A DNA stretch of 64,000 bases from an uncultured Chlamydiae bacterium (GCA_963696295.1 CAVOJR010000001.1:1312001-1376000); one strand, 5' to 3'. Counted from the first letter of the stretch, positions 22,067 through 32,635 are shown. Notes: a model not told the origin generated them from the letters alone. Program-made: numbers and translations.

Positions 22067-22504
22067 CTATTTCTTGTCAGAAATAAACAGGTACTTCAAC
22101 CCCGCGACAATGGCGGCGCCCACAAATACCATGGGAGCCATGATAAATAAAGTGATCGCTACTCCGCAGAAAACGATGCTTCGCACCATGCCTTCCCGGT
22201 TGACACTTCTTTCCAGATCCCTGAAAAAAGCGATGATTTCGTCGGAGAAATAAAATCCCGCGACAATGCCGATCAAAAGCTCTCCCCAAAAAGGTTGAAA
22301 AAAGAGCAGGACTAAACCGAGCACTAACAAACAGTAGGCAATGGTATCGCGCGTATTTTCTTTGGCATAGTTGACTAAATTATCCATTTTCTCATTTTTT
22401 ATCGTCCGCGCAAACTTTTCCTTTATCGTCTCCTCTTCATGAGGCTCTAAAGGTTCCGGCTGCAAATCTTCCGGCTCATCATTTTGAGATTTTTTTTTCG
22501 TCAT
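22067..22504 (-). CDS. Hypothetical membrane protein
   Basis: Acidic N-terminus followed by two long hydrophobic hairpins. Confidence 0.75.
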   Translation of the reverse strand: MTKKKSQNDEPEDLQPEPLEPHEEETIKEKFARTIKNEKMDNLVNYAKENTRDTIAYCLLVLGLVLLFFQPFWGELLIGIVAGFYFSDEIIAFFRDLERSVNREGMVRSIVFCGVAITLFIMAPMVFVGAAIVAGLKYLFISDKK

Positions 22505-22604
22505 GCTGACTTTCCTATTGAAATCCTGTCAAAATCAATTTTATATAGGACATTTGAAAACTTCGCAATAGGATAATTTGTTCCATTTATGTTAAGATGC
22601 GCCT

Positions 22605-24047
22605 ATGGTAAGAGACTGGTTGAATAAAATCACTTTGGGAATTGCTGCGCTGGGAATCCTATTCCTTTGCTTCGGCATTTGGTTCTGGTGGTCACGCCCT
22701 GCGTCCATTCCTCCCAAACAGGCTATAGAGGAAAAAAGCCGGCTGCCGGAAAGAACGCACAAATTGCAGGAAGAGGCTTACCACGCCCTTGGAGAGCCTA
22801 TTTTGTCCCTCAAAAAATCCGTTGTGACCCTGCAAATTCCCGACTTGCGCCAACAGCTGATCTATTATGGCAAAAATGGCCGCCCTGACGCCCAGGAAGG
22901 GGGGATCATGCTCAATTTCGGACTTCCGGGAAGCAAAGCTGCAGCCACAGTATCCCCCGGAGAAAAACTTTACCTCACTTACGACCGCTCTCAAAAGCCT
23001 GCAAAATTCATTTTCAGCCCGAACAATGAAAAAACCTCCCTTTGGATCGAAGCCACCCCAAAAGGAAACGAAGTCAACGTCCAAGTGAAGATGATTAATG
23101 AAAGCGGCAAGCTGGTGCAGACCCCTCAAAGCAACGCCAATTTCCAGCTAAAAGAAAAAGATCAAACCCGCATCGGAAAACCATGGGATATCGGGAAGTG
23201 GCGCGTAGATGCGACTTTGCTTTCCCGCCAAAAAGCCCGCTGGTTTGGCCAGGATATCTTTTTGGAAACCCATGGAGGGGAAGAGTATGCCTCGACCATC
23301 GGCAAAGAAAGAATTGATTTCACCGAAGAAGAGAATCCCTACTCCGTTTTTGTCAAAGAAGGGGATGCCTTGATCTGGTGCGATAACCGCTGGAAAGAAG
23401 CGGTGCCCGGAGAAAATACCGTGCGCTTTCCTTTAATGACTGTAAAAAAGATCAGCGACCGCGTCATGAATTTAGAGCTTTGGGATGTCGAAGGAAAAGC
23501 CAAAGTCAATCTCAATCTGCTCAAATCAGCCGACATGAAAATCCCGCCGGGCATCCAGCAAAGCTTTAAGTTTGTCGGAGCCAAAACAAGATCTCAATTT
23601 ATCTTTGAGATAAACAAAGAGCGCATGACGCTGAAACCGAAAGATTGGCTGCTGCTGTCCAAAAAAGGGTGGATCAAACTCACCACTCCGGAACAAATCG
23701 ATGACTATGTCAGCCGCAAACTGACCGGTCCTTTGTTTGTGTTTGACGGCGTCATCAAAAAAGGGGATGCGCAAATCATATCAGGCACCATGTATAATGC
23801 CTCCCGTACGGAAATGCAGCCGATCGAACTGCCTGTGCAGCAAAGCCGCGCAGTCAACCCCCAAGAGGCCCAGCCGAAGGAAAAAGGGGAGCAGCCGCCA
23901 AATCAACAGGCGAGAGAGGAAGTAGAACCCAAGAGGGAAAATGGAGAATCGCCTCCACCTCCACCTCCACCTCCACCTCCACCTCCACCTCCGCCGCCTA
24001 TGCCGACTGACCGCCCCTTTAATGAAAGAAGGGAGTTAAGACCTTGA
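22605..24047 (+). CDS. Chlamydial T2SS-operon first gene (N-terminal TM, C-terminal poly-Pro)
   Basis: Directly upstream of gspD as in chlamydial gsp operons. Single TM anchor, YYGKNGRPD and WRVDATLL. Confidence 0.75.
   Translation: MVRDWLNKITLGIAALGILFLCFGIWFWWSRPASIPPKQAIEEKSRLPERTHKLQEEAYHALGEPILSLKKSVVTLQIPDLRQQLIYYGKNGRPDAQEGGIMLNFGLPGSKAAATVSPGEKLYLTYDRSQKPAKFIFSPNNEKTSLWIEATPKGNEVNVQVKMINESGKLVQTPQSNANFQLKEKDQTRIGKPWDIGKWRVDATLLSRQKARWFGQDIFLETHGGEEYASTIGKERIDFTEEENPYSVFVKEGDALIWCDNRWKEAVPGENTVRFPLMTVKKISDRVMNLELWDVEGKAKVNLNLLKSADMKIPPGIQQSFKFVGAKTRSQFIFEINKERMTLKPKDWLLLSKKGWIKLTTPEQIDDYVSRKLTGPLFVFDGVIKKGDAQIISGTMYNASRTEMQPIELPVQQSRAVNPQEAQPKEKGEQPPNQQAREEVEPKRENGESPPPPPPPPPPPPPPPPMPTDRPFNERRELRP
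23952..23999 (+). repeat. (CCTCCA)6-based microsatellite encoding 16 consecutive prolines
   Basis: Read directly. Confidence 0.95.
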
Positions 24048-24049
24048 AA

Positions 24050-24198
24050 GCTATTGGTTTAATTTCTTCCCGTGGTCTTTCGCGCTGCGACCGGCGGCCT
24101 CGCAAATCGTCCATAGCTAAAGCTATGAACTCCTCACAAGTTTTGCGATTCTTGGGTCTCGCTGCGGAATACCAATTGGACGAAAATAAACCAATAGC
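24050..24198. repeat. 149-bp long imperfect palindrome (MITE-like) between the T2SS first gene and gspD
   Basis: Ends GCTATTGGTTTAATTTCTTCC / GGACGAAAATAAACCAATAGC are 19/21 complementary. Nested stems TCGCAAA/TTTGCGA and CATAGCT/AGCTATG. Confidence 0.8.
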
Positions 24199-24251
24199 CG
24201 AAGTGAAAAAACCCCTTTCAAAGAAAGAAATATGGGAATAAAATCGGAATC

Positions 24252-26801
24252 ATGAGAAAACTGTTTACCCTATCTTGCTTATATCTATTATTTTCTGCCG
24301 CAGAAACTTACGGCCAAACTATTGCGGAAAAAAAAGCCGGGACGGTTTTTGGCGAAGGAGACTTGAGCCGCGAAACACAGGATCTGCTTGTCGACGTCAA
24401 TAAACAGTTGACCGCCTGGCAAGATGAAATGAGAGAGCTCTACGCTCAGGTTCTGGTTCTATTCCAGCGCAATGCCCCCATCTGCGATTACAAAATCCTG
24501 CTGGATGAGATCAATCAGATTAAGGAAAACATTTACCTTTTAGAAAGCACCTGGCGCGACACGGTATCCCAAGGAGGGTCCAACGAAGCCTATTCGCTTT
24601 GGCATCAACCCTCTACAACCATCGAGCAGCTTGTCATCGACTACGGCTCCCAAAACTTTGTCTATTTAGTGCGTCCCGAAGTAGCCTCCATTAAAGTCAG
24701 CATCAACTCCAGCTTGCCGATTCCGCGCGCCTCCTGGAACCAGATGCTGGAAACTATTTTATCGCAAAACGGCATCGGCTACAAGCAGCTCAACCCCTAT
24801 CTCAGGGAACTCTACCTGGTCAAACAAGACAATTCCGGCATCGAGTTAATCACCAACAACCGGAGAGATCTCGACCTCTTTCCCGAAAATGCCAGAGTCT
24901 GCTTTGTCATTACCCCTGACGCTGCCGATTCGAGACGCATTTGGATGTTTTTAGATAAATTTATCAATCAAAACACCACTGTCATGCAAATGATCGGCCG
25001 CGATATTTTAATTATTTCACAGGTTTCCGAAATACGCGATTTACTGAAGCTCTATGACTTTGTTTCCGCCAACCGGGGCGATAAAGAGTATAAAATCATC
25101 CCTCTGCAAAAAGTGGAGGCGGAAGAGATGTCCCGCATCATCGCCGCAGTTTTCGATCAATTGAATGAAGCCCCGAAAGAATCGGGCAACGGTAAGAAAA
25201 AGGAATCTAGCGGTGGCGGCGGCGGCGGCGAAGGCAGCGGCCTCAAAGTGCTCACCTTGGGAAAAATCGCCCAGGCGCTTTTCATCGTCGGCTCAAAAGA
25301 AGAGATAAAACGGGCTGAAGAGATCATCTACCGCGTGGAGTCTCAGGTGGGTGAAGCGAGAGCGAGAGTGATTTACTGGTACACCGCCAGAAATTCCGAC
25401 CCTGAAGAACTCGCCGATGTGCTTTATCGCGTCTATAATTTGATGATGGAAGTCCCCTCCTCTTACGCTCAAAACAACGGAGGCGGAGGAGCGCCAGGCC
25501 AGCAGCAGCAGCAGACCCAGGGAGGACCCAATCAGAAGCAGGATATCAACATCAATCAGGAAGTGACGCAAAGATCCCCTCCGCCGCCCCTTCCGCCGCC
25601 TCCTCCTCCTCCGACATCGCTTCGCTTATACGCTGAAAGCTTCTATCAAGACGGCGGCTATATCGTCAACCCAGCTCCGGCTCAGCCCGGACTGACGCCA
25701 GCGCCCATTTTTAATGAGGACCGCGACAATTTTATCGTCGATCCGAAAACCAATTCGATCGTGATGGTGGTTGAAGCCGATATCTTGCCCAAGTTAAAAG
25801 AGGTGCTCTATAAACTGGATGTGCCCAAAAAAATGGTGCAGATAGAAGTGCTTTTCTTCGAAAAGAGAGTCAATCTCCTCACCGATTTTGGGTTGAATCT
25901 CTTAAGAGTGGGTAATTGCGCCTCCAATACGAACGACACCTGTTTTGCCTTCAACAACGTCAACACCTCCTTCAGAGGCAGACCGGAAAACGCCGGAGTG
26001 TTTCAGTTTTTCTTAAGCCATGCTCAAGGGTGTTCCGGCATCCCTTCGTTTGACTATTTTTACCGCTTCCTCATTACCCGGCAAGATGTGCAGATAAACT
26101 CAAACCCCTCTGTAACGACTATGAATCAAACCCCTGCCTTAATCACCATCAGGGATGAGATCTCGATCAATACCGGCGTGTTTGAAGTAGAAACCGCCAA
26201 AGGGGTCACTCTAAAAGACGCCTTTACAAGGGCTCAATACGGTATCACGGTGGCGATCACCCCAACCATCCATATGCATGGGGATGAACCGTTTGAAGAT
26301 CCTCATGACTACGTCACCCTCATCACCGATATCACATTCAGCAACGTGCAGCCCACCACCATCCTCAACCGCGACCGCCCCGACGTAGCCATCCGTCAGG
26401 TAAAAAACGTCGTCCGGGTGCCTGACGGACAGTCGGTGATCATCGGCGGTTTGCGCAGAAAGACCAAGCATGACGAGGTCTCCTACGTCCCGTTGATCGG
26501 GGAGCTTCCAGGCATCGGAAAACTGTTCAGCATCACGGGAATGAGAGATGAAGAGACAGAGATGTACATGTTTATCACCCCTAAAATCATCGTTGACCCT
26601 GTCGAAGATTTCGACCGTCTGCGCCGCAAAGAGCTTTGCCGCCGTCCGGGAGATATTCCGGCCTACCTTTGCCAACTCAACTTCGCCCAAGAATGTGAAA
26701 GGACCCGCGTTTTAGAGCAATCAATGCGCATGTTGTTTGGCAGACCCCTCAACCGCTGCGTTTACACCGAAGACAGAGAGTATCATGGCCAATGCTGGTG
26801 A
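24252..26801 (+). CDS. gspD: Type II secretion secretin GspD
   Basis: Signal peptide, N-domains, LDVPKKMVQIEV, VPDGQSVIIGGL, VPLIGELPGIGKLF and FITPKII. Confidence 0.93.
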   Translation: MRKLFTLSCLYLLFSAAETYGQTIAEKKAGTVFGEGDLSRETQDLLVDVNKQLTAWQDEMRELYAQVLVLFQRNAPICDYKILLDEINQIKENIYLLESTWRDTVSQGGSNEAYSLWHQPSTTIEQLVIDYGSQNFVYLVRPEVASIKVSINSSLPIPRASWNQMLETILSQNGIGYKQLNPYLRELYLVKQDNSGIELITNNRRDLDLFPENARVCFVITPDAADSRRIWMFLDKFINQNTTVMQMIGRDILIISQVSEIRDLLKLYDFVSANRGDKEYKIIPLQKVEAEEMSRIIAAVFDQLNEAPKESGNGKKKESSGGGGGGEGSGLKVLTLGKIAQALFIVGSKEEIKRAEEIIYRVESQVGEARARVIYWYTARNSDPEELADVLYRVYNLMMEVPSSYAQNNGGGGAPGQQQQQTQGGPNQKQDININQEVTQRSPPPPLPPPPPPPTSLRLYAESFYQDGGYIVNPAPAQPGLTPAPIFNEDRDNFIVDPKTNSIVMVVEADILPKLKEVLYKLDVPKKMVQIEVLFFEKRVNLLTDFGLNLLRVGNCASNTNDTCFAFNNVNTSFRGRPENAGVFQFFLSHAQGCSGIPSFDYFYRFLITRQDVQINSNPSVTTMNQTPALITIRDEISINTGVFEVETAKGVTLKDAFTRAQYGITVAITPTIHMHGDEPFEDPHDYVTLITDITFSNVQPTTILNRDRPDVAIRQVKNVVRVPDGQSVIIGGLRRKTKHDEVSYVPLIGELPGIGKLFSITGMRDEETEMYMFITPKIIVDPVEDFDRLRRKELCRRPGDIPAYLCQLNFAQECERTRVLEQSMRMLFGRPLNRCVYTEDREYHGQCW

Positions 26802-28419
26802 CCCGAAAAGAGAGGATTTGAGCGACGAACTGACCCGCCAGGGAATGCTTGGCGGAGAGGATGTCAACCGGTCTATTGCCACTCAGCTCGGCATACCCAT
26901 CATCACCGATTTTAGCCTGATTCCCTTTCCCAAGCATATCTATCAGGAAATCCCTTACGCCTTTGTCAGGAAAAATCTCGCTCTTCCCATCCAGGAGGAA
27001 AATGGCTTCGTTTTAGTCGCCGTCGCCGATCCGCTCGATTTGGAGCCTCTGGAAGAGCTCAGGCATATGCTGAAAAAGGATGTGAAGGCCGTTTACAGTC
27101 CCAAAGAAACCATCCTGCTCGCTATCGATGAATGCTACCAGGAGCATGGAGGGGCCGCTTCCCAGCTGATAGCCCATTTGGCCGGAGAAAGAGGCGGCAA
27201 GGAAGAGCAGGAAGTGGAAGTTTACGACTTGCTCGACACTTCGAAAAGCCAGGCTCCGGTCATCAAACTGATCAACCTGATCATCACCGAAGCGATCCAG
27301 CAGGACGCCTCGGACATCCACTTCGACCCGTCCGAAAGCGGTCTGAAAGTGCGCTACCGGATCGACGGTGTTTTGCAAGTGCGCCACTCCCCCGCTCTCG
27401 AATATCAGGCCCAGCTGCTGACAAGGCTGAAAGTAATGGCCAAATTGGATATTGCCGAAAGGCGTTTGCCTCAGGACGGCCGCATCAAGCTCAAAATGGG
27501 CGCGCGCGAAATCGACTTCCGCGTGAGCACGGTGCCGGTCACTGACGGGGAAAGAATCGTCTTGCGTATTCTGGACAAAGGCAACATCACATTGGGTTTG
27601 GACCAGCTCGGCATGCTGCCGAACGTCTATAAAGACTTCCGCAAATTGATCACGTTGCCCGAAGGAATTATTCTCGTCACCGGCCCCACAGGCAGCGGAA
27701 AAACAACCACCCTTTACAGCGCCATTTGCGATATCTGCACCGATGAAGTCAACATCATGACCATCGAAGATCCGGTCGAATACAACCTGAAAGGGATCGC
27801 CCAAATCGGCGTGCGGAGCAAAATCGACCTCAATTTCGCGACAGGACTGCGCCATATCCTGCGCCAGGACCCGGATATTATCATGATCGGGGAAATTCGC
27901 GACGTGGAGACGGCGGAAATCGCCATTCAAGCCTCCCTGACCGGCCACCTTGTTTTGAGCACCCTGCACACCAACGACGCCCCATCGGCTATTACGCGCC
28001 TGGTCGATATGGGCATAGAACCCTATCTTCTCTCCTCGACCATCGTCGGAATTATGGCTCAGCGGCTCGTGCGGCGCATCTGCCCCCATTGCAAGGAGGG
28101 GTACCGCCCGAGCGATGAAGAGCTGATCAGCGTAGGGATCCCAAGAAGCGACCTCAAAGAGGATGTGATTTACCAAGGAAATGGATGCAGCGCCTGTTTC
28201 GATTCTGGATATAAAGGGCGCCACGGCCTCTATGAACTGCTCGTTGTCAATAATGCCATCAGAAGGCAAATGGTCCACAGCCCCGACGCCGTGGAATTGA
28301 GGATACTGGCCCTTAAAGAGGGGATGTCCGGCCTGATCGAGCATGGCAAAAAACTGATCCTTGAAGGCATCACCACAGTGACTGAGGTATTGCGCGTTTC
28401 TAAAGGAGTGGAAGAGTAG
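26785..28419 (+). CDS. gspE: Type II secretion ATPase GspE
   Basis: ASDIHF, ERRLPQDGR, Walker A GPTGSGKTTT, LRQDPD, TGHLVLSTLHTND and CxxC motifs. Confidence 0.96.
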   Translation: MANAGDPKREDLSDELTRQGMLGGEDVNRSIATQLGIPIITDFSLIPFPKHIYQEIPYAFVRKNLALPIQEENGFVLVAVADPLDLEPLEELRHMLKKDVKAVYSPKETILLAIDECYQEHGGAASQLIAHLAGERGGKEEQEVEVYDLLDTSKSQAPVIKLINLIITEAIQQDASDIHFDPSESGLKVRYRIDGVLQVRHSPALEYQAQLLTRLKVMAKLDIAERRLPQDGRIKLKMGAREIDFRVSTVPVTDGERIVLRILDKGNITLGLDQLGMLPNVYKDFRKLITLPEGIILVTGPTGSGKTTTLYSAICDICTDEVNIMTIEDPVEYNLKGIAQIGVRSKIDLNFATGLRHILRQDPDIIMIGEIRDVETAEIAIQASLTGHLVLSTLHTNDAPSAITRLVDMGIEPYLLSSTIVGIMAQRLVRRICPHCKEGYRPSDEELISVGIPRSDLKEDVIYQGNGCSACFDSGYKGRHGLYELLVVNNAIRRQMVHSPDAVELRILALKEGMSGLIEHGKKLILEGITTVTEVLRVSKGVEE

Positions 28420-28423
28420 TCCC

Positions 28424-29611
28424 ATGCCTTTATATCAGTATCACGCGTTAAACCGGGAAACCAAAAAGAAAGTCAGCGGTTATATTGAAGCGACTTCCGA
28501 AAGAGAGGCGAGAAGGGAACTGCGCGACCAGAAATTAATGGTCACAAGCCTGACAGAAAAAAAAGAGGCTCCTTCAAAGCAAAATTTAAGCGGCGACAGC
28601 CTGCTCACCTTTACTATCCAGCTCTCCCAATTGGTCAGCGCCGGAGTCCCCCTTTACGAAAGCCTGGTCGCCATCGAAGAGCAATACCGGTCGGAACCCT
28701 ATCACAGTTTATTGCTCAGCTTAAGCAATCAGGTCAAATCGGGAACCCCGCTTTCCAAGGCGATGGGCCAATTTCCCTCCAGTTTCAGCAAACTTTACCG
28801 GGCAATGGTAACCGCCGGGGAATCGGTAGGGGCACTGGATGTGGTGCTCGACCGGTTGACCACCCTCCTCACCAAGCAGCAAAAACTGAAAAAAGAGATC
28901 GTCACCGCCATGATCTATCCGGCCGTTTTAGCCGGCTTTTCGCTCATTGTCGTTTCCCTGCTCCTCGGCTTTGTCGTCCCCTCGATCGAAGGGATTTTCT
29001 CCGAGCGAAAGCTGAATACCTTTACCTATATTGTCTTGAGAGCCAGCCACTTTTTCCGCGGCTACTGGTGGCTCTACATTCCCGTCATCGCCCTCACCAT
29101 TACCTATCTCGTCTATTTCTTCAAGCGTCCTGCGGGAAAATTATGGCTGGAAAGAAATCTGCTGAAATTCCCCATACTCAAAAAATTGATCATCCAAACA
29201 GCCGTGGCGAGATTCTGCCGCACGATGGGAACACTGCTCCAGGGGGGCTTGCCGCTCGTGGATTCTTTGCAAATCAGCCGCGACGTGATGCACAATGTCG
29301 TGCTGGAAGAGGAAATCAGGCGGGCCGAAATCAAAGTTTTGGAAGGGAAGTCCTTAAGCAGCGAACTGAAGCGGTCGAAATGGTTTCCGACCCTCGTCTC
29401 CAGAATGTTAGCCGTCGGCGAGGACTCCGGAAGCTCGGTTAATATGCTGAACAAGCTGGCCGAAATGTATGAAGACGAGCTCGAAAAATCGCTGCAGCGC
29501 TCCACCCAGCTCGCTCAACCCATTATTTTAATCTTTATGGGCACTGTGATTGGAATTATTTTACTTGCTATCTTATTGCCTTTAACAGATATGAGTTCTT
29601 TAGCTTTATAA
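28424..29611 (+). CDS. gspF: Type II secretion platform protein GspF
   Basis: FTIQLSQLVSAGVPL, AMIYP, ARFCRTMGTLL and VGEDSG. Confidence 0.95.
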   Translation: MPLYQYHALNRETKKKVSGYIEATSEREARRELRDQKLMVTSLTEKKEAPSKQNLSGDSLLTFTIQLSQLVSAGVPLYESLVAIEEQYRSEPYHSLLLSLSNQVKSGTPLSKAMGQFPSSFSKLYRAMVTAGESVGALDVVLDRLTTLLTKQQKLKKEIVTAMIYPAVLAGFSLIVVSLLLGFVVPSIEGIFSERKLNTFTYIVLRASHFFRGYWWLYIPVIALTITYLVYFFKRPAGKLWLERNLLKFPILKKLIIQTAVARFCRTMGTLLQGGLPLVDSLQISRDVMHNVVLEEEIRRAEIKVLEGKSLSSELKRSKWFPTLVSRMLAVGEDSGSSVNMLNKLAEMYEDELEKSLQRSTQLAQPIILIFMGTVIGIILLAILLPLTDMSSLAL

Positions 29612-29624
29612 AAAAGGAAAACAT

Positions 29625-30011
29625 ATGAAAATACAAAAACGGCGCCACATTACCCTGATCGAAATCATGATCGTGATGTTTTTAATCGCTCTGATCGCCG
29701 GCGTAATCACCTATAACACCGTAGGATCTCTGGATGAAGGGCGGGCCTTCAAAACAAAAACCGGAATAGAAAAGCTTGAGACCATCTTGAGTTTAAAAGT
29801 CGCGGAAAATCCCGAAGCGATGAACGACATGGAAACCAAGTGGCAAGAATATGTCACGGCGTCTCCATTGGTGCAAAACCCAAAAGCTCTGATAAAAGAC
29901 GGCTGGGGCCAGGATTATAAAGTCACGGTAGAAGGATCGTCTATCAAAATCACATCCGAGAAGTACGATAACTACAAAAAAACACACCCAACCCTGTTCG
30001 GGAATGATTAA
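29625..30011 (+). CDS. gspG: Major pseudopilin, GspG-like
   Basis: Prepilin motif KRRH-ITLIEIMIVM, plus DGWGQDY. Confidence 0.85.
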   Translation: MKIQKRRHITLIEIMIVMFLIALIAGVITYNTVGSLDEGRAFKTKTGIEKLETILSLKVAENPEAMNDMETKWQEYVTASPLVQNPKALIKDGWGQDYKVTVEGSSIKITSEKYDNYKKTHPTLFGND

Positions 30012-30642
30012 CCGGGCAAGGCGCTGCTTCACTCTGATTGAAACGATCATCGTGATCACTATCATCGCCTTAGTGGCGGGAGTGGTCGCGGTGAATATCG
30101 GGAAAGCGTACCAGCAGCAGCGTTTCCAGTCGGAAGTAGCCATGGTAGTGGAGACTTTGCGCCTGGCGCAGGATTTGATGCTCATCTTGCAAGATGATGT
30201 CCATGTGATCTTCACTCAAAACGACAAAGGGATTGTCTTTTGGCTGGAAACGAGGAGCCCCCTGGCCAAAAATTGGGAGTCTGTGGTGAAACGTTCGCAT
30301 AAAACCTTAAAGGCCGTCCACGCTGTCAAATTCCTCGATCAGCTGCAGGGTCCGGTGCGCATGGGAGAGCTGGATATCAAATTCCTCTCCGGCGGAACGG
30401 TGATGAGCAAAGGCGTGGTCAGGCTCTCGAGCACCGATGATGATACGAAGAGAAACGCCTTAAGGAGCGCCATACTGCTCTACGGCTTTCCCCACCCCAT
30501 CGACAGCTTCACCGAGGAAAAATGGGGAGATGTCTCTTTGAAAGCCCAAGATGAAGCCTATGATGATAGAATCACAGAGATTACCGTGCATGCCATCACA
30601 ACTCCAGAACATGGAGAGGTTGAAAGTGAAGAAGAAACATAA
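30004..30642 (+). CDS. Minor pseudopilin (GspH-like)
   Basis: RARRC-FTLIETII prepilin motif. Confidence 0.8.
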   Translation: MINRARRCFTLIETIIVITIIALVAGVVAVNIGKAYQQQRFQSEVAMVVETLRLAQDLMLILQDDVHVIFTQNDKGIVFWLETRSPLAKNWESVVKRSHKTLKAVHAVKFLDQLQGPVRMGELDIKFLSGGTVMSKGVVRLSSTDDDTKRNALRSAILLYGFPHPIDSFTEEKWGDVSLKAQDEAYDDRITEITVHAITTPEHGEVESEEET

Positions 30643-31075
30643 GAGATATTTTCTTCTGTTAGAGGTGATGATCTCCTTTGCCCTGGTAGTGCTCTGCGCG
30701 CTTCCCTTGATCTATCCCCATACCTATATTTTGCGCATGCAGCGCGAATTTATTCAGGAGATTGAACTTGACCACTACGTCAACAACAATTATGCCGAGC
30801 TGACCGAGATGCTCTACAAAAACCAGGTTCCCTGGGAAGTGATCAGCGGCAAGCGCACCCTGCCTTTGAATCCCCCTGACATTCCCGTTACCGGCACGCT
30901 GCAGTTCGAAGAAAAAAAGCACAAGCCGGATGAAGCCCCCACCTATGGCGTCTATCTTTTTGAAATCACTTACACCTTTACCAATGGGCTCAAATACACC
31001 TATAATCTGATGCTCGTGCGCGATATTCCCGGCGAGAGCATTGAAGAAAAGCCAACCGATGAGGATGAGGATTGA
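30611..31075 (+). CDS. Minor pseudopilin (GspI-like); start uncertain (30611/30626)
   Basis: KHKRY-FLLLEVMIS prepilin motif. Confidence 0.75.
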   Translation: MERLKVKKKHKRYFLLLEVMISFALVVLCALPLIYPHTYILRMQREFIQEIELDHYVNNNYAELTEMLYKNQVPWEVISGKRTLPLNPPDIPVTGTLQFEEKKHKPDEAPTYGVYLFEITYTFTNGLKYTYNLMLVRDIPGESIEEKPTDEDED

Positions 31076-31776
31076 AGAGAAAAAAACGGCATCTCACATT
31101 GATCGAGCTTTTGATATCGATGGCCCTGACCACCCTGATCCTCTCTGCCCTCATGTTTTTTTACCGTCAAATCGTTTATCTCAACGGAAAATATGATGAA
31201 GCGCAAAGGGAGAGTTTTCAGCTGCGCTTTCTGGAGAACCGGCTAAGCGATATATTACCCAAGGCCGTGCCTGAGAAAACCTCCAAAAAAGACTTCTATT
31301 TCTTTTCCGAGCCTGATACTCACGGCACCTTTAAAAATAACAGTCCGAGCCTGGTCTTCACCTTTGATAATGGAGTAGACATAGACAAAAGCTTTTCCAA
31401 CCACGTTTTGGGGCGGATTTACCTTGATCCCAGGGGCAACCTGACTTTAGCGATGTGGCCTTCGCCGGCGCGCTGGGAGGAAGGGGACACTCCGCCGATG
31501 AAAAAAGAGATTTTGATGGAAAATGTCTCATCCCTTTCCTTCGAGTTTTTTATACCCCCGGAAAAAACGGAAGAGCCCATCCCCAACGATAAAAAAAATG
31601 CTAAAATAGAACCCCAGCCAAGGCTTACCTGGGTGAACAGATGGCAGCAAAATTACAAACAGCTGCCAGCCATCGTGAAAGTAGAGATTGTGCGCACAGT
31701 GGACAAAAAAGAGAGAAAATTCACCTATGCCTATCCCCTGCCCAACGTCGCCATTCCCATAGTGGTTAGGAGCTAA
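31072..31776 (+). CDS. Minor pseudopilin (GspJ-like)
   Basis: KKRH-LTLIELLIS, FTFDNGV and a C-terminal LPAIVKV. Confidence 0.8.
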   Translation: MKRKKRHLTLIELLISMALTTLILSALMFFYRQIVYLNGKYDEAQRESFQLRFLENRLSDILPKAVPEKTSKKDFYFFSEPDTHGTFKNNSPSLVFTFDNGVDIDKSFSNHVLGRIYLDPRGNLTLAMWPSPARWEEGDTPPMKKEILMENVSSLSFEFFIPPEKTEEPIPNDKKNAKIEPQPRLTWVNRWQQNYKQLPAIVKVEIVRTVDKKERKFTYAYPLPNVAIPIVVRS

Positions 31777-31777
31777 A

Positions 31778-32635
31778 ATGAACGTACTGCCCTTTGTGAT
31801 GACCATGCTGATGCTTATATCTATTATGACTTACGCCAGGATAGAGAGCTTTCGCGACCTCTCGGGCCTGAAATCGCAATTCGAGTGGTACATGCAGCAA
31901 AACGAGCGGGTCTACAACAACAGCGTAAACGAAGACAAATACGATAAGCAGAACTCCTCGAAGAGAAAGTCCGGCGAAGACCCCGCGGCCAAACAAAAAG
32001 AGGAGGAGAAATCATGCTCCCGCATCCCTTTTTATCTGTTTATCAATAAGCAGCAAAGGGAGAGTAAGCACGAAATATTCGACCAGCACACCCTGCTCGC
32101 CAAGCTTCTCATGACCGAACTTTATGGCGATACCGATTTTTTTAAGGAAGCGGAAGAGAAATACCCCGATTTTCTGGACGGAATTTTAGATCAACTTATG
32201 AAAGCCGCGGAAAAATTGCCCAAAGGGCAGACCATCACCACCAGCGCCGATCTCGCTTCGATCGAGCTTGGCAACGAGCTGCTGGATAACGTCTTTTACC
32301 ATATGCTGAAAGGAACGGTCAATATCGACGAGCAGGATGTCGCAGAGACTTACCCTTCCCTCATCAACTTTGTCACCGTCAAAAACAAGACCAAAGTGCG
32401 CGTCTTTTTGGCGCCCCACGATATTCTTCTCGCCATCTACGAGAATCCCTCCCTCGTAAAGGATATTGAAGAGAAGCGGAACGATTTATATAAAAGAGTG
32501 AAAGACGAGAGTATTACCAAAGATGAGGCCAGCAAAGAATTTGAAGAGGAGTTTGGAAATAAGCAGCGGCACGGCATCGCCGAAAACATCCTGGATTTTA
32601 GAGTGACAAAGACCAATCCGAAGGCGTATCAGTAG
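31778..32635 (+). CDS. Last gene of the T2SS operon (GspK-like position)
   Basis: N-terminal hydrophobic segment, 1 bp after the preceding stop. Assignment is positional. Confidence 0.65.
   Translation: MNVLPFVMTMLMLISIMTYARIESFRDLSGLKSQFEWYMQQNERVYNNSVNEDKYDKQNSSKRKSGEDPAAKQKEEEKSCSRIPFYLFINKQQRESKHEIFDQHTLLAKLLMTELYGDTDFFKEAEEKYPDFLDGILDQLMKAAEKLPKGQTITTSADLASIELGNELLDNVFYHMLKGTVNIDEQDVAETYPSLINFVTVKNKTKVRVFLAPHDILLAIYENPSLVKDIEEKRNDLYKRVKDESITKDEASKEFEEEFGNKQRHGIAENILDFRVTKTNPKAYQ

Noticed and set aside
27013..28425. 470-aa antisense ORF over gspE (likewise 61415..62281 over dinG)
   Set aside because: Shadow ORF of a conserved gene, with no recognisable motifs.
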